Source: Chiloscyllium plagiosum (lineage: Eukaryota). Taken from it: DNA of 64,000 nt. The notes beneath the pieces are model-generated. The model saw only the letters and a list, made by a program, of their open reading frames with translations, was not told where the DNA came from and did no database searches. Positions 26,420-38,213 of the stretch are shown here, in pieces. Within the stretch, counting starts at the first letter, position 1, and each line of letters begins with the position of its first letter. The stretch spans positions 6,396,842 to 6,460,841 of the forward strand of contig NC_057758.1 of NCBI RefSeq assembly GCF_004010195.1, written 5' to 3'. The position numbers and the translations under genes were made by a program.

Positions 26420-27076
26420 TTCGACCGCTTGGTAGCCATTCGTTGTCACACTTTCAAAACTAAATATTGTAATGAGAAAACAGCGGCGGTGGTTCTCGGA
26501 ACAGTGACTGGACTGAGCTGTTTAAATAATATCAGCTGGTATTTTATGTATAACAGTAATTATGGTTTATCTAATCATCCTATGCTTTGTGGTATGGAAT
26601 TGAGTGATGACAACTTAGAGTTATGGGCCATAATTGAAATTGTTCACTACATTCTCTCACCCTGTCTCCCATTCGTTCTGATTCTGCAGCTCAACATTTT
26701 TATCGTCAGACATATTGTAGTGAGCAGCAGAGCCCGCAGGAGACTCCGGACTCACAACAATGGGGAGTGTCCCACAGACACGGAGATGGAGAACCGAAGA
26801 AAATCAATTGTTCTTCTGTTTCTGATTTCAGGCAACTTCATCCTGCTGTGGGCAGTGTTTGCCGTGTATGCAATGCTTGAACGAATGGATAATCTGCGCT
26901 ATTTTATTTATGTGCCTGCGTATGTCCAAGAATTAGGATTTATTCTACAGCTCCTGAGTTGCTGCACAAACACTGGAATCTACGTCGTGACACAGAATAG
27001 GTTCAGAGGACAATTCAAAAATTTGGTGATATATCCCTTCAGTCTGATCACTCATGGAATCAAAAGGCAAAATTAG
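26420..27076 (+). CDS. GPR139-like: GPR139-like GPCR gene 3 (partial, 5-prime part hidden by gap); recent duplicate of gene 2
   Basis: Open frame FDRLVAIRC...IKRQN*, collinear with 22404-23060 at offset 4016, about 20 nucleotide differences and no indels. Confidence 0.85.
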   Translation, partial: FDRLVAIRCHTFKTKYCNEKTAAVVLGTVTGLSCLNNISWYFMYNSNYGLSNHPMLCGMELSDDNLELWAIIEIVHYILSPCLPFVLILQLNIFIVRHIVVSSRARRRLRTHNNGECPTDTEMENRRKSIVLLFLISGNFILLWAVFAVYAMLERMDNLRYFIYVPAYVQELGFILQLLSCCTNTGIYVVTQNRFRGQFKNLVIYPFSLITHGIKRQN

Positions 27077-27849
27077 TACCTGCCTCTGGTTTCCATTGTA
27101 TACCCTGACTCCCAACGATGATTTAGATTAATTGACATACGATATTTCAAACCTGGTCGGATTGGAGCCTTAAACAGCATTAGCAGTATATCCACGGGCT
27201 TTAATTCTAGCACACTCAAAATGAATGTTGACATTTCATTTTTCTTCCTACCCTCCAAGTGAAATTGCAAACCAACCTGAAGAAAATCCAGAACCAGGAC
27301 TCAAAGACTATCAGCGCGTAAAAACTCCGACGTTGTTTCTAGTTTAGAACATAGTCCATGTCCCTGTTCCTCCAATCAAATTGCATCTCATCCTATTTTT
27401 CCACATTGTTTTCCAATTTAACATTGCAGTCGGCCCTCTTGTTGGGAAAGCTTGGACAGTAATTTGGTTATTAAATGTTGATGGACACAACAATTAAATG
27501 TAGATATGGATAAAATATGTTGGTTTTTAGACAATCATTAGACAAAATGATTAATAATATTGTCTGCAGCCACAACCTTTCCGATCAACTCGCCCTCCTA
27601 TCGAAATCTTCCAAATTTAGAATATACTTTGCGCATGTAAACATCCTATGAACGTTCATAACCTCAAATTGTATGTACTTGTGCTCGATTAGTCACTTCA
27701 TTGTCCATCCTCTCCGTCTTCCCTAGTCTTTCAGCAGTCTCCCATCTCGTTAACACTCCTGCCAGTCCACAATGGTGCATGATTGACCTCTTAGAACTTT
27801 TCCAAAATGCCGTTCCCCTGTCTGTACACTACTGGTCTCCTCCTGTCTC

Positions 27850-30060
27850 GAAATTAAACATAGGGATTTCGGATCGTCAAGTTAAAATGAAGTTCTTGTC
27901 ATCAGGGATGACAAGCTGATTTGGGGCAGATTTTCGCAGGTAAAGGGACGGCTGGAAAATGGGAAGCCTTCAATAATTAGATAATGAGAATCCAGAGAAA
28001 GTATGTTTCTCTTAGTGTGAAAGGAAAGGCTGGTAGGGATAGAGAATGGTGTATGACTAGAGAAATTGAGGGTTGGGTTCAGAAAAAAGAAAGAAGCATG
28101 TGTAAGGTAAAGAGAGTTTAGAACGAGTGAATCGTTAGAAGAGTATAAAGGAATGAGGAGCATATTGAGGATGGATATCAGGACGGCCAAAAGGAGACAT
28201 GATTTGGCTTTGGCAAATAGAAGTAAGGAGATCCGAAAGTGTTTTTACAAATATGTTAAAGACGAAAGGGTAACTAGGGAGAAAATAGGGTCCTACAAAG
28301 ATCAGCAAGGCGGATTCTGTGTGGAACCGCAGAAAATGGGGGAGATACTAAACGAGTATTTTGCTTATGTGTTTACTGATGAAAAGGATATGGAAGATCT
28401 CGACTGGAGGGACATAGATTTTGACACCGTGCAAAATGTCCAGATTACAGAGGAAGAAGTGCTGGATGTCTTGAAACGCATAGAGGTGGATAGATCCCCA
28501 GGACCTGATCAGGTGTACCCGAGAACTGGGTGGCAAGTTAGATCAGTGATTGCTGGGCCTTTGCTGAGATGTTTGTATCATCGATTGTCACAAGTGAGGT
28601 GCCGGACGCCTGGCGGTTTGCTAACGTGGTGCTTAAGAAGGATGGTAAGGACAAGCCAGGGAAATGTAGACAAGTGAGCCTGACGTCGGTGGTGGGCAAG
28701 TAGTTGGAGGGAATTCTAAGGGGAAGGATGAACATGTTTTTGGCAAGGTAAGGACTGCTTAGGGAGAGTCAACATGAATTTGTGTGTGGGAAATCCTGTC
28801 TCACAAACGTGATTGAGTTTTTTTTGTAGAAGTCACAAAGAGGAATGATGAGGGCAGAGTGGTAGACGTGATCTATATGGATTCCAGTGAGGCGTTCAAC
28901 AAGGTACCCCGTGCGAAATTGGTTAACAAGGTTAGATCTCACGGACGACAGCGAGAACTAGCCATTTGGATACAGAACTGGCTTGAAGGAGGAAGATAGA
29001 TGATGGTGGTGGAGGGTAGTTTTTCGGGACTGGAGGCCTGCGACCAGCGGAGTGCCACAAGAATCGATGCTGGGCCCTCTACTTTTTTGTCATTTACATA
29101 AATGATTTGGATGCGATCATAAGAAGTAGAGTTAGTAAGTTTGCAGATGATACCAAAATCGGAGGAGTAGTGGACAGCGAAGATAGTTACCTCAGATTAG
29201 AACAGGTTCTTGACCAGATGGGCCAATGGGCAGAGAAGTGGCAGATGGAATTTAATTCAGATAAATGCGAGGTGCTGCATTTTGGTGTAGCAAATCTTCG
29301 CAGGACTCATACACTTAATAGTAAGTTCCGAGGGAGTGTTGCTGAACAAAGTAATTTGGAGTGCAGGTTCGTGGCTCCTTGAAAGTGGAGTCGCAGCTCG
29401 ATAGGATAGTGAAGAAGGCGTTTGTTATGCTTTCGTTTATTGGTCAGAGCATTGAATACAGGAGTTAGAATGTCATGTTGGGACTGGGAAGGACATTGGT
29501 TAGCCAACTGTTGGAACATTGCGTGCAATTTTGGTCTCCTTACTATCGGAATGGTTGTGAAACTTGGAATGGTTCAGAAAAGAATTACAAGGATTTTGCC
29601 AGGGTTGGAGGATTTGAGCTAATGGGGGAATCTGAAAAGGCTGGGGCTATTTTCCCTGGAGCGTCGAAGCTGATGGGTGACCTTATAGAGGTTCACAAAA
29701 TTATTTGAGGCATGGTTAGGATAAATAAGCAAATTATTTTCCTAGGGAGTTGGGTAGTCCAGAACAAGAGTGCATAGTTTTACGATGAGAGGGGAAAGAT
29801 ATAGAAGAGACCTAAGGGGCATTTTTTTTCACACAGGATGTGTTACTTGTATGGAATGAGCTGCCAGATGAAGTGGTGCTGGCTGGCAGAATTGCAATAT
29901 TTTGGATGTTTATATCAATAAGAGGGCTTGGATGGATATGAGCCGATTGCTGGCAGGTGGCAGGTGGAACAAGATTGAGTAGGGACAGCTCGTCTACATG
30001 GACGGGTTGGACCGAAGGGTCTGTTTCCATGCTGTACATCTCTATGACTCTCTGACTCTA
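27850..30060 (+). mobile_element. CR1 LINE ORF2 (RT) with 3-prime tail, 5-prime truncated, frameshifted
   Basis: FYKYVK..EILNEYF..SPGPDQVYPR..SKFADDTKIGG..WAEKWQMEFN..; tail CTCTATGACTCT. Confidence 0.95.
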
Positions 30061-30829
30061 TGTTCCTATACATAAAACATTTCTGCAGCGTTTTGCCCAA
30101 AATTCATTGTTCATAGGCAAATGTCTTTAGCTTATACCCCTTAAGACTTAGCGTTATAGAAAAATCATTCGTGCAGATTTGAAATGAGTAATTGATGCAG
30201 CAACCTCTGCCATTTGTGCCAGAGTGTTCCAAACATTTTGAACTCCTTGCGCGTAGCAGCTCTTCCGAACATCTCGCCCAGTCTCCTCATCAATCACAGA
30301 TCATATCCTCGATTGTAGAGTCCCCAACGTGTGGATATGCCATCTCTTTAAATGTTCCATTTGATTGATGATTTCGATCAGATGACACCACAGCTTTCGA
30401 ACTTCTCCACAAAGCAGGTCATATTTTCTGTAATCTTCTGAATAACATCAGTCTTGAAGTCCAAGAAATAGTGTCGTTAAGTTATGCTACATTCCTTCCC
30501 AAGGCTCTGGATGCTTCTAGCGTTAAAAAAATTATTCAGGTGCGCGCCTTGCAATGTTCAGTTTGACAAGTGTATGCACTAGCTAACGGAATTAATGAAT
30601 TGAACAGTTCGTTGCGTGTTGTTGACATACACAGAAGAGAAGATCGTACTTTGTCCAAGTTCAATACATGCTTCTCAAGGTGTGCTGATCACATCTGACC
30701 GAAGTACTCCAAGTGGGATTTAATCCAAGTTATATTTGTGCAAAAAAAGGCGACTTCCAAGTTGCTGAGACAAATACAGCCACATAGTTAAAACATGTTA
30801 GGTATTACAGAAAAGTGACCATCGGCATA

Positions 30830-31660
30830 TCAAGTCCGGGTGTCAAATGTCAAGGATTCAATTTCAAGGGCATTGGCATCTGTTTTGGAACCAGGGGCGA
30901 TTTGTACTGATGGAAAAGTCTACATCTGAACCGATCTGGAGCCCGTGATCGTACGGAAGTATAAATAGGATGCTCATGCGTACTTTGAAGAAGGGACTTG
31001 GAGAGGGGCGAGGGAAAGGGAAAATGACAGGAAGTATGACTGTAAAAAAAAGATAAGCAGCCGGTTAGCATGTATGCAGGAGGGTTCAAGTACAATTCAG
31101 AGTATGAAAGAAGTAAAAAGGAATGGATAACGCAGGAAATATTATGAGATATATTGGAAATCATGAGGAATTGAATACTGCCATTAGGCACTTTACCTGA
31201 ATTCGTAATAAGATCAATGAGTTAACAGCACAACTCATCACGAATGAAAATAATTTAGTAACCATTACGGAGAGATGGTTACAGGATGGTCACGATGGAG
31301 AGTTGCATCTCCAGACGTTCAGCATATTTGGAAGGACACACAGGAAAGTGAGGGAAGTGGTGTCGCTCTGATATTCAAGAACGATATCATAATAAGTTGG
31401 AATCCACTTGGGTGGAAATTACAAAATTCAAAGACAAAAAAAATCAATTTTACGCATAGTAAAAAGAACACCAAATAATAACATCACATTGTGGTGGCAA
31501 TAAATAAACAAATAATGCCTGTAAAAAGTACATGGCAAATATCGGGGGATTTTAATCTCAGAATTATTGTTCGAACCAGCGCAGTCCGGGCAGCCTTTTG
31601 GACAGGTTTGTTGAGTGCATCCGTAATAGTACACTTGAACAGAATGCAATTGTACCGAAG
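30830..31660 (+). mobile_element. CR1 ORF1 end + ORF2 endonuclease start, decayed
   Basis: F.FKGIG..WNQG.LY..LHLNRSG (ORF1), then ALYLN..RNKINELTAQL..DLVTITE.WLQDG and ISGDFN (APE endonuclease). Confidence 0.75.
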
Positions 31661-31664
31661 ACGG

Positions 31665-31990
31665 AGCAAACTATCCAGTGCCATGGAACCAGATTTGATA
31701 ACAGTCTCGGCCGTCCATCTGCGTGGCGTTGGCACATTCTCCCCATTTCTGCATGGGTGTTTTCTGGGTGCTCTAGTTTCGTCCAACAGGACAACGATAT
31801 GCTGGATAAGTGAATTGGTCTTGCTAAATTGCCCGTAGTGACATATGGTGTTTATCTGAAGTGCATTAGTCACGGAAAATGTAGACTCATGGGTAGAAAA
31901 GGGGGTCTGGGTGGGATACGCTTCAGAGGGTCAGTGTGGACCAGTCAGGCAGAATGACCTGATTCCACACTGTAAGTATTTGATGATCAC
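31665..31990 (+). mobile_element. HE1-like V-SINE, decayed
   Basis: GCACATTCTCCCC..GGGTGCTCTAGTTTC..GCTAAATTGCCCGTAGTG..TTCCACACTGTAAG aligns to the copy at 38214. Confidence 0.85.
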
Positions 31991-32744
31991 TTACCACCAC
32001 ATTAGAACTTGGCCTTGCTCCATTTCGTCTTTTCATTTGGTATTGACCCGAAGAATTCAGATGCCATTTCCTCTGTGTGTTTATTCATTATGGACCGGCT
32101 AGAGCATAGCTTGTTCTTATTTCTTATACTCAAAGGTACTCGCGCCCATCTGAGTGAATTTCCACCATTCACCAATGGGTCAATCAGGCAAGATCACGCT
32201 GATTAATCGGGCCCAAAAAGACATTGACATCTTGATGGCAGGGCGGTCCTTAGGTGTCCATGACTGCAAGTGCTAGTAGCATAAAGAGCCCTCCAATTAA
32301 GAGTGTAATGCGCACCTGTATCTGTTACGCACCTCGACTTTTCCGTTCACCCTGACGATGACATTCCAACCAGTTTCGGGTGTGTGTGGTGGGTTGGCAA
32401 CTACCGGGTTCATTGCTAACTGGCTGTTGGCAGGTGCAGCCTGTCTGGACGATGCAGTATGCGTAATAGCACTGTTATTTTTGTTAATGCTCACCTTAGG
32501 TACCCAGAATTCTTTCTTATTTGTCCATTTTTCTTGAAATCCATCATAAACTTCATGATTTTGAGAGGCCCCTCCAGCCCAAGGCCCGACCTTTGATCCT
32601 GTTGTGATGGATCTCAACATGAAATGCAATGACTGCAGGACCATCCCGATTCAAGCTAAGCCCAACAAATACTGGAGCAACTAAACTGATGCAGATAGGA
32701 TATGAGAAAACGACACTCTCCAGAGATTAATCAAATACAAAAAA

Positions 32745-34400
32745 AAGGTCAACTTTGCGATCGAAGTACGCATTGCTCACGTTCTTTGTCGTCCTTCACT
32801 TGACAGGCGCATTTAGCTGAGTAGTCTTGATGTTCCCAGTGTGATCCTACACTGCTTATTTGTGAACGAGGGCAGTGGATTCTGGTTCTGTGAAATCGAG
32901 GCCATACAGGTATTCGCCTCGCTTTTGGTGTCGGCCTGTCATGCGAGGTTGGTTCTGGAGATCAGACGATGATGTTGCATACCATCATGAGGCCAAACGG
33001 AAGTATTGTCTCCCAGCTTTTCTTATTCTGCTGCACCGTCTTCCTAATCATCCCTTTTCGGGTGTGGTTCAGGCTTTCCACGATCCCACTAAATTGTTTA
33101 GTATACAATGTGGAATTTCTGCTTGATACAAAGCATAGTTATTACACTTTACATGACTCAGTCTTTGAAACGGATTCATCGATCTGACTTGTTACTGCGA
33201 GGTAGACCCCATCCTGTAAATATCTGCTCTGTTATGATATATGCTGTTGCTTTGGTTGTATTTAAATAACAAGGAAAGCATCGACCCATTTTGTGAAAAT
33301 ACCTACGATGATCAGAATGCAGATATGTCCATTGCCACACGTTAGCAGGGGAACTTTGAAGTGAATTTAAAGTATTGGCCGGGGCCCTTCCACTTCTTAG
33401 TTCTTCCCATCGCGTGTAATTGTCTGCATTGTTTTAGGTGGAGACAAAACAGTTCCCTTTATTATGTGCTGCATCTCGACGCAACTCGGGTCACCAACAC
33501 ACAGATTTTAATTGTTTTGTAGTGGCCTTTCTTCCCTTGTGCACGTGCCTATAATGATATTTATATATAATTTGGTCCTTGTTTTCAGTCGAGGCGACAT
33601 ACAATCATGATGTTAGAAATAACCTGTCACCGACGTGTAGGGAACACTTCCATCTGGCAGAGGCATCTGGATAAACTCTTCCCATAATTTGTTTTTAAGG
33701 AATCATCACGGCGTTGTACTTGCCTAATATACTCTATGTTTTACTGACTTAGACTGACAACACTGGCTGCTTACATCTGGGTGTCCACCAGAAAACTCCG
33801 ACAGAAGCCCGTCTTTTGGCGAATTTGTCTGCTCTGCGTTTACATTATGGGATCCCCTGTGATTCGTTCCATCTTTGATTCTGCTGTACTTAACCTCCTG
33901 TGAGGCCTGCAGTTGTTCAGTGAGGGGGCTGATGATAGTGGTTTCACATCAGCGGAAACAAAACCTCGAGCTTCCCAAAGTGGTAAGCATTCATTGAAGC
34001 GTTTGCATACTTGCATGCTGTCTGAACATTTATCTGCGCGTAAATGTAACAGATCACGGTGGTTGAAGATACAGGCTGATCGGTTGGACCAAACGAGCCA
34101 TTGGCATCCATGTTGATAGCAGGATGATTCTTCGATATCCATTACTGCTGGTGCTCGGTGCACGTAGCCTCTTCTAAATAAGGGTGTGAGGCGCCCCTTT
34201 GACTGGATGTTTCTGATCGAGCTGACTCTGTTCAACGCCAAATTCAGATTCATATTTTAGGTCTTCAACTGTCATGCTGATTGCAAACATCCTGTTGGTC
34301 GCTGCAGACAGTCTGGATTCTGTGGCATGTTTAATAGCACAGTCATTTTGCTTGTGTGTTGCCTTAGTGTCCACAATGCTTTCGTCCTTGTCTCTTTTTA
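32745..34400 (-). mobile_element. Endogenous retrovirus-like / LTR-element pol relic (RT thumb - RNase H - integrase)
   Basis: Minus-strand fragments in order: AIKHA..RMFAI; GYVHR (YVDG-like); SDSMQVC..LPLWEARGFVSADVKPL; ADKFAKRRASVGVFWW; GRKATT..W*PELRRD..C (Zn finger); GP..L*IHFKVPL..ILIIVGIFTKWVDAF; EQIFTGWGLPRSNKSD; KFHI..QFSGIVESLNHT..WETILPF; AYFDRKV. Many stops and frameshifts. Confidence 0.85.
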
Positions 34401-35351
34401 ATTAAATCTATCATAAACGTTGTATTTTGAACAAACCATCAGAACATACCTAGAAGTTCAGATGCGAACAAAGAAGAGAAAGCATTACTCTGAATGTAAT
34501 TTGTGCTGATATGTTCTGGGAAATTAGGGTTGAACAATTTGGAAAGTGCTCTGTTCTGTATCTTATAAGTGTTCGACATGAAACGAGTATCTTGTTGCAG
34601 TTATTATTCAGAGTACAAACACGTAGCAAAAATACCCACATTCTCCGATACTCATATCCAGATTTTAAAAATCATTTGAACTGCCAACAGAGTACATGGT
34701 GAATAATTATATTCTAATCCGAGCAGCTATTTTTTTAAAAAAAATATAAGTCAGGAGATGGTGACCTTCGAGAGGGAAGACGCGATTTTTTATGAATGCC
34801 TTGAGGGGTATTTGTGTATCGGGGAGCTGGGGTGCTTTAGTTCTTCTCAGTAGTGCGGGGATAATTTTAAGAATACATAGCCAGAAGATTAGAATCTACT
34901 CATTTCAGACGACTTACTCCGAGGTGGCTCGTCACAGCTAGTGTGCTGTGGGAACGTAAACAAAGAAAAGTCGGAAGATGAGTGAAAGAACTTGTACAGA
35001 AATGGAGAAAAGCTGTGGACATTGAATCTATTAATAACGTGAAAATTGACAGACCACTTTTGACAGGGAAGTGAATTAAAGTGTTTAATAAACATATGTA
35101 GATGACGGGGTGAACACCCTATGTAACTCGAGCTTGGTCTTTTCTTCAGAAAATCGGCGTTAATCGATTTGTCACCTCAAACCTACACTTCCATCCAAAC
35201 GACCAAACGTTCACTACTTAAGTTCAATGTGAAAGGAAGGTTTTGAAATTTCGAATACCTAGCTGGGATGATATCACAGTCATACCCTAAACCACTATCT
35301 TCATCTTGCATGGCCAAGTCACATTTATTGTGTTACGACAAGGGGATAGAT

Positions 35352-35851
35352 NNNNNNNNNNNNNNNNNNNNNNNNNNNNNNNNNNNNNNNNNNNNNNNNN
35401 NNNNNNNNNNNNNNNNNNNNNNNNNNNNNNNNNNNNNNNNNNNNNNNNNNNNNNNNNNNNNNNNNNNNNNNNNNNNNNNNNNNNNNNNNNNNNNNNNNNN
35501 NNNNNNNNNNNNNNNNNNNNNNNNNNNNNNNNNNNNNNNNNNNNNNNNNNNNNNNNNNNNNNNNNNNNNNNNNNNNNNNNNNNNNNNNNNNNNNNNNNNN
35601 NNNNNNNNNNNNNNNNNNNNNNNNNNNNNNNNNNNNNNNNNNNNNNNNNNNNNNNNNNNNNNNNNNNNNNNNNNNNNNNNNNNNNNNNNNNNNNNNNNNN
35701 NNNNNNNNNNNNNNNNNNNNNNNNNNNNNNNNNNNNNNNNNNNNNNNNNNNNNNNNNNNNNNNNNNNNNNNNNNNNNNNNNNNNNNNNNNNNNNNNNNNN
35801 NNNNNNNNNNNNNNNNNNNNNNNNNNNNNNNNNNNNNNNNNNNNNNNNNNN
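35352..35851. other. Assembly gap (500 N)
   Basis: Run of N. Confidence 1.
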
Positions 35852-35938
35852 GTCGATTCTTCTTCTCCTTTGATGCTGCCTGACTGCTGCGCATTTCCAG
35901 CAACACATTTTTAAGCTCTGCAGTCCTCACTTTCTCCT
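35852..35938 (+). mobile_element. Right arm of a Penelope-derived miniature element (same family as 9493-9680)
   Basis: GTCGATTCTTCTTCTCC..GATGCTGCCTGAC..CTGCAGTCCTCACTTTCTCC. Confidence 0.8.
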
Positions 35939-36639
35939 GCGTCCCTCAGTACCTGCTAACAGTGGTCCATCATGTATTCTCCACTTTATCAAAGCAGTCC
36001 TCACCGTTCTCGAGTAAACTAATCAATTTTCTATATTCACTAACTTATTTTTGCCATTTAACGATGACTTCCAAATTAAACTTAGAATGCAGCACATTCA
36101 GAACTTTACATTATTCTGTGTACAACCCTTATTATACCTTATTCGTCTCAATTTGATCACCACACATAATTCCTAAACAGAATAATGTCAACGACCGCTC
36201 AATGGTTTTGAATCCACATTATTTTGCTGATGTTAAAATACACTTGTACAGAACATGTACACCCAGTAAATACATCATCATCGTTTATTGGCAGCTTTGA
36301 AAATCACAAATCTGACAAACAATCCATGAGTTGTCATTGATTTATCAGGAAGAATGTATAAAACCATGCTCGTTTAATGGTGCTTCTGGAGAAATATGTT
36401 TCGGTCACATTTACGCCATTCTGCCAAAGGCATTCATTTTAACTTCATTTTTTTAAAAATGTGATTCCTTTATTCCAAAAATCACAGCGACTGGTCCAAG
36501 GCTATTATGAAACGACAGAGTGTGCAGAAAAGATTTGCAAGATATTCTGCCCAAACTTTTCTGGGATATGGGGTGGCGGGCAGATGGTGGTGTGACTGTG
36601 GTTGAGTTATATAGAGAGGCTGGATAGGCTGGGATAATT

Positions 36640-36920
36640 TTAACTGGAGCCCAGGAAGCTGGTGAATAACAAAGGTCTTTTGCCAAGGAAAGGGAAGCTC
36701 AAAGCAAGAAGGCATAATTTTAAGGCAAGACGGGAAAGATTTCCAAGCGACTTGAAGGGAAATCTTTTCGTACAGACTATGGTTTGTATATGGAATACGC
36801 TGACAGATAAAGTGATTGATGCAGCTACAGTGACAACTTTAAGAAGTCATTTAAATAGATGCATAAATAAGAATGTGTTAGAGGGATATGGCACAAAAGT
36901 ATACAAATGGTATTAGCTTA
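36640..36920 (+). mobile_element. CR1 3-prime fragment
   Basis: KGLLPR..RRHNFK..NLFVQTMVCIWNTL..VIDAATVTTLRSHLN. Confidence 0.8.
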
Positions 36921-36924
36921 GTTT

Positions 36925-38170
36925 TCGGCTAGTTGCACCCAAATAACTTCCCTGGATGTATTTCCGAGAATATCCTCCCTCAGCACAGCTGTGATGCTAT
37001 CCCTTATCAAAAATGCCACTCCTGCCTCTCTTGCCTCCCTTTCTATCCATCTTGTATCCTGGAACATTAAGCAGCAAGTCATGCCCATCCCTGAGCAACG
37101 TTTCTGTAATTGCTGTGATATCCCAGTCCCATGTTCCCAACCATGTCGTGAGTTAATCTGCCTTCCCTGTTCGGACCCTTGCATTGAACTAAATGTCCTT
37201 TATTCGTCGTTTATTGTCCCTGCCTGCGCTGACTGTTTGACTCGCTTCTGTTCCCAATTGTACCAGTCTCAGATTGATCTCTTTCGTCACTATCTCCCTG
37301 GTTCTCACGCCCTCACCTGCTAATTTAAATCCTCCCGAGCAGCTCCAGCAAATTTCCCTGCAAGTGCATTAGTCCCCTTCCAATTTAGGTGCAATCCGCC
37401 CTTCTTGTACAGGTCACTTCTACCCCAAAGGAGATTCCAATGATCCAAAAATGTGAATCATTCTCCCATACACCAGCTCCTCAACCATGCATTCATCTGC
37501 TCCATCCTCCTATTCCTGCGCTGAACAGCTCGTAGCACCCGGAGTAATCCAGATATTACATGTCTCGAGGACCTCCTTTTTAAATTTCTGACTAACTCCC
37601 TGTAATCTGCCTCCAGAATCTCAACCTTTAAACTTCATATGTCGTTGGTTTCAATGTAGACAATGAACTCTTACTGGCCCCTCTCCCCCGTGAGAACATT
37701 CTGCACCATCTCTGAGACATCCTTCATCATGGCACCAGGGAAGCAACGCAGCATTCTACTTTTTCGCTGCTGGCCATAGAAACTTCTGTCCGTAACTCGG
37801 ACGAGAAAATCTCGTAACACGGTTGATCTCGTGGAACAACACGTAGCCCTCGCTGCATTCAAACCTGTCTCAATATCAGAAACTTGGCTGTTCTTGCGAC
37901 GTTCCCCTAAGAATCCATCACCCCCTACATTTTCCAAAACAGCATACCTGCTGGAAATGGGTATATCCACAAAAGACTCCTGCACTAACTGCCTATCTCA
38001 CTTAACTTTCCTGGGGTTACCCCATCTACGTGACTGCATCTGAGACTTCTCTCCTTCCTATATCTGCCATCCATCACATACCGTTGTTGTTGCAAATTCC
38101 TCATTGCTTCTAACTGTCTCTCCTTCCGATCCATTCGATCTGAAAAGATTGGCAGCCAACAGCATTTTCC
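36925..38170 (-). mobile_element. CR1 5-prime portion (ORF1 esterase + endonuclease start)
   Basis: IPISSRYAVLENV..RMLRCFPGAMMKDVSE (ORF1) and GVAFLIRDSITAVLRED..EVIWVQL (endonuclease). Confidence 0.85.
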
Positions 38171-38213
38171 GGTGCTTTACGCTGGCAGTTTCGGCAAAAT
38201 GTGCAAGATTTGT

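Larger units (their letters stand above)
22404..30821 (+). repeat. Tandem segmental duplication: copy A 22404-26258, copy B 26420-30821
   Basis: GPCR exon, 3-prime flank, CR1 and downstream sequence are all repeated near-identically (offsets 4016 before the gap and ~4564 after). Confidence 0.95.
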
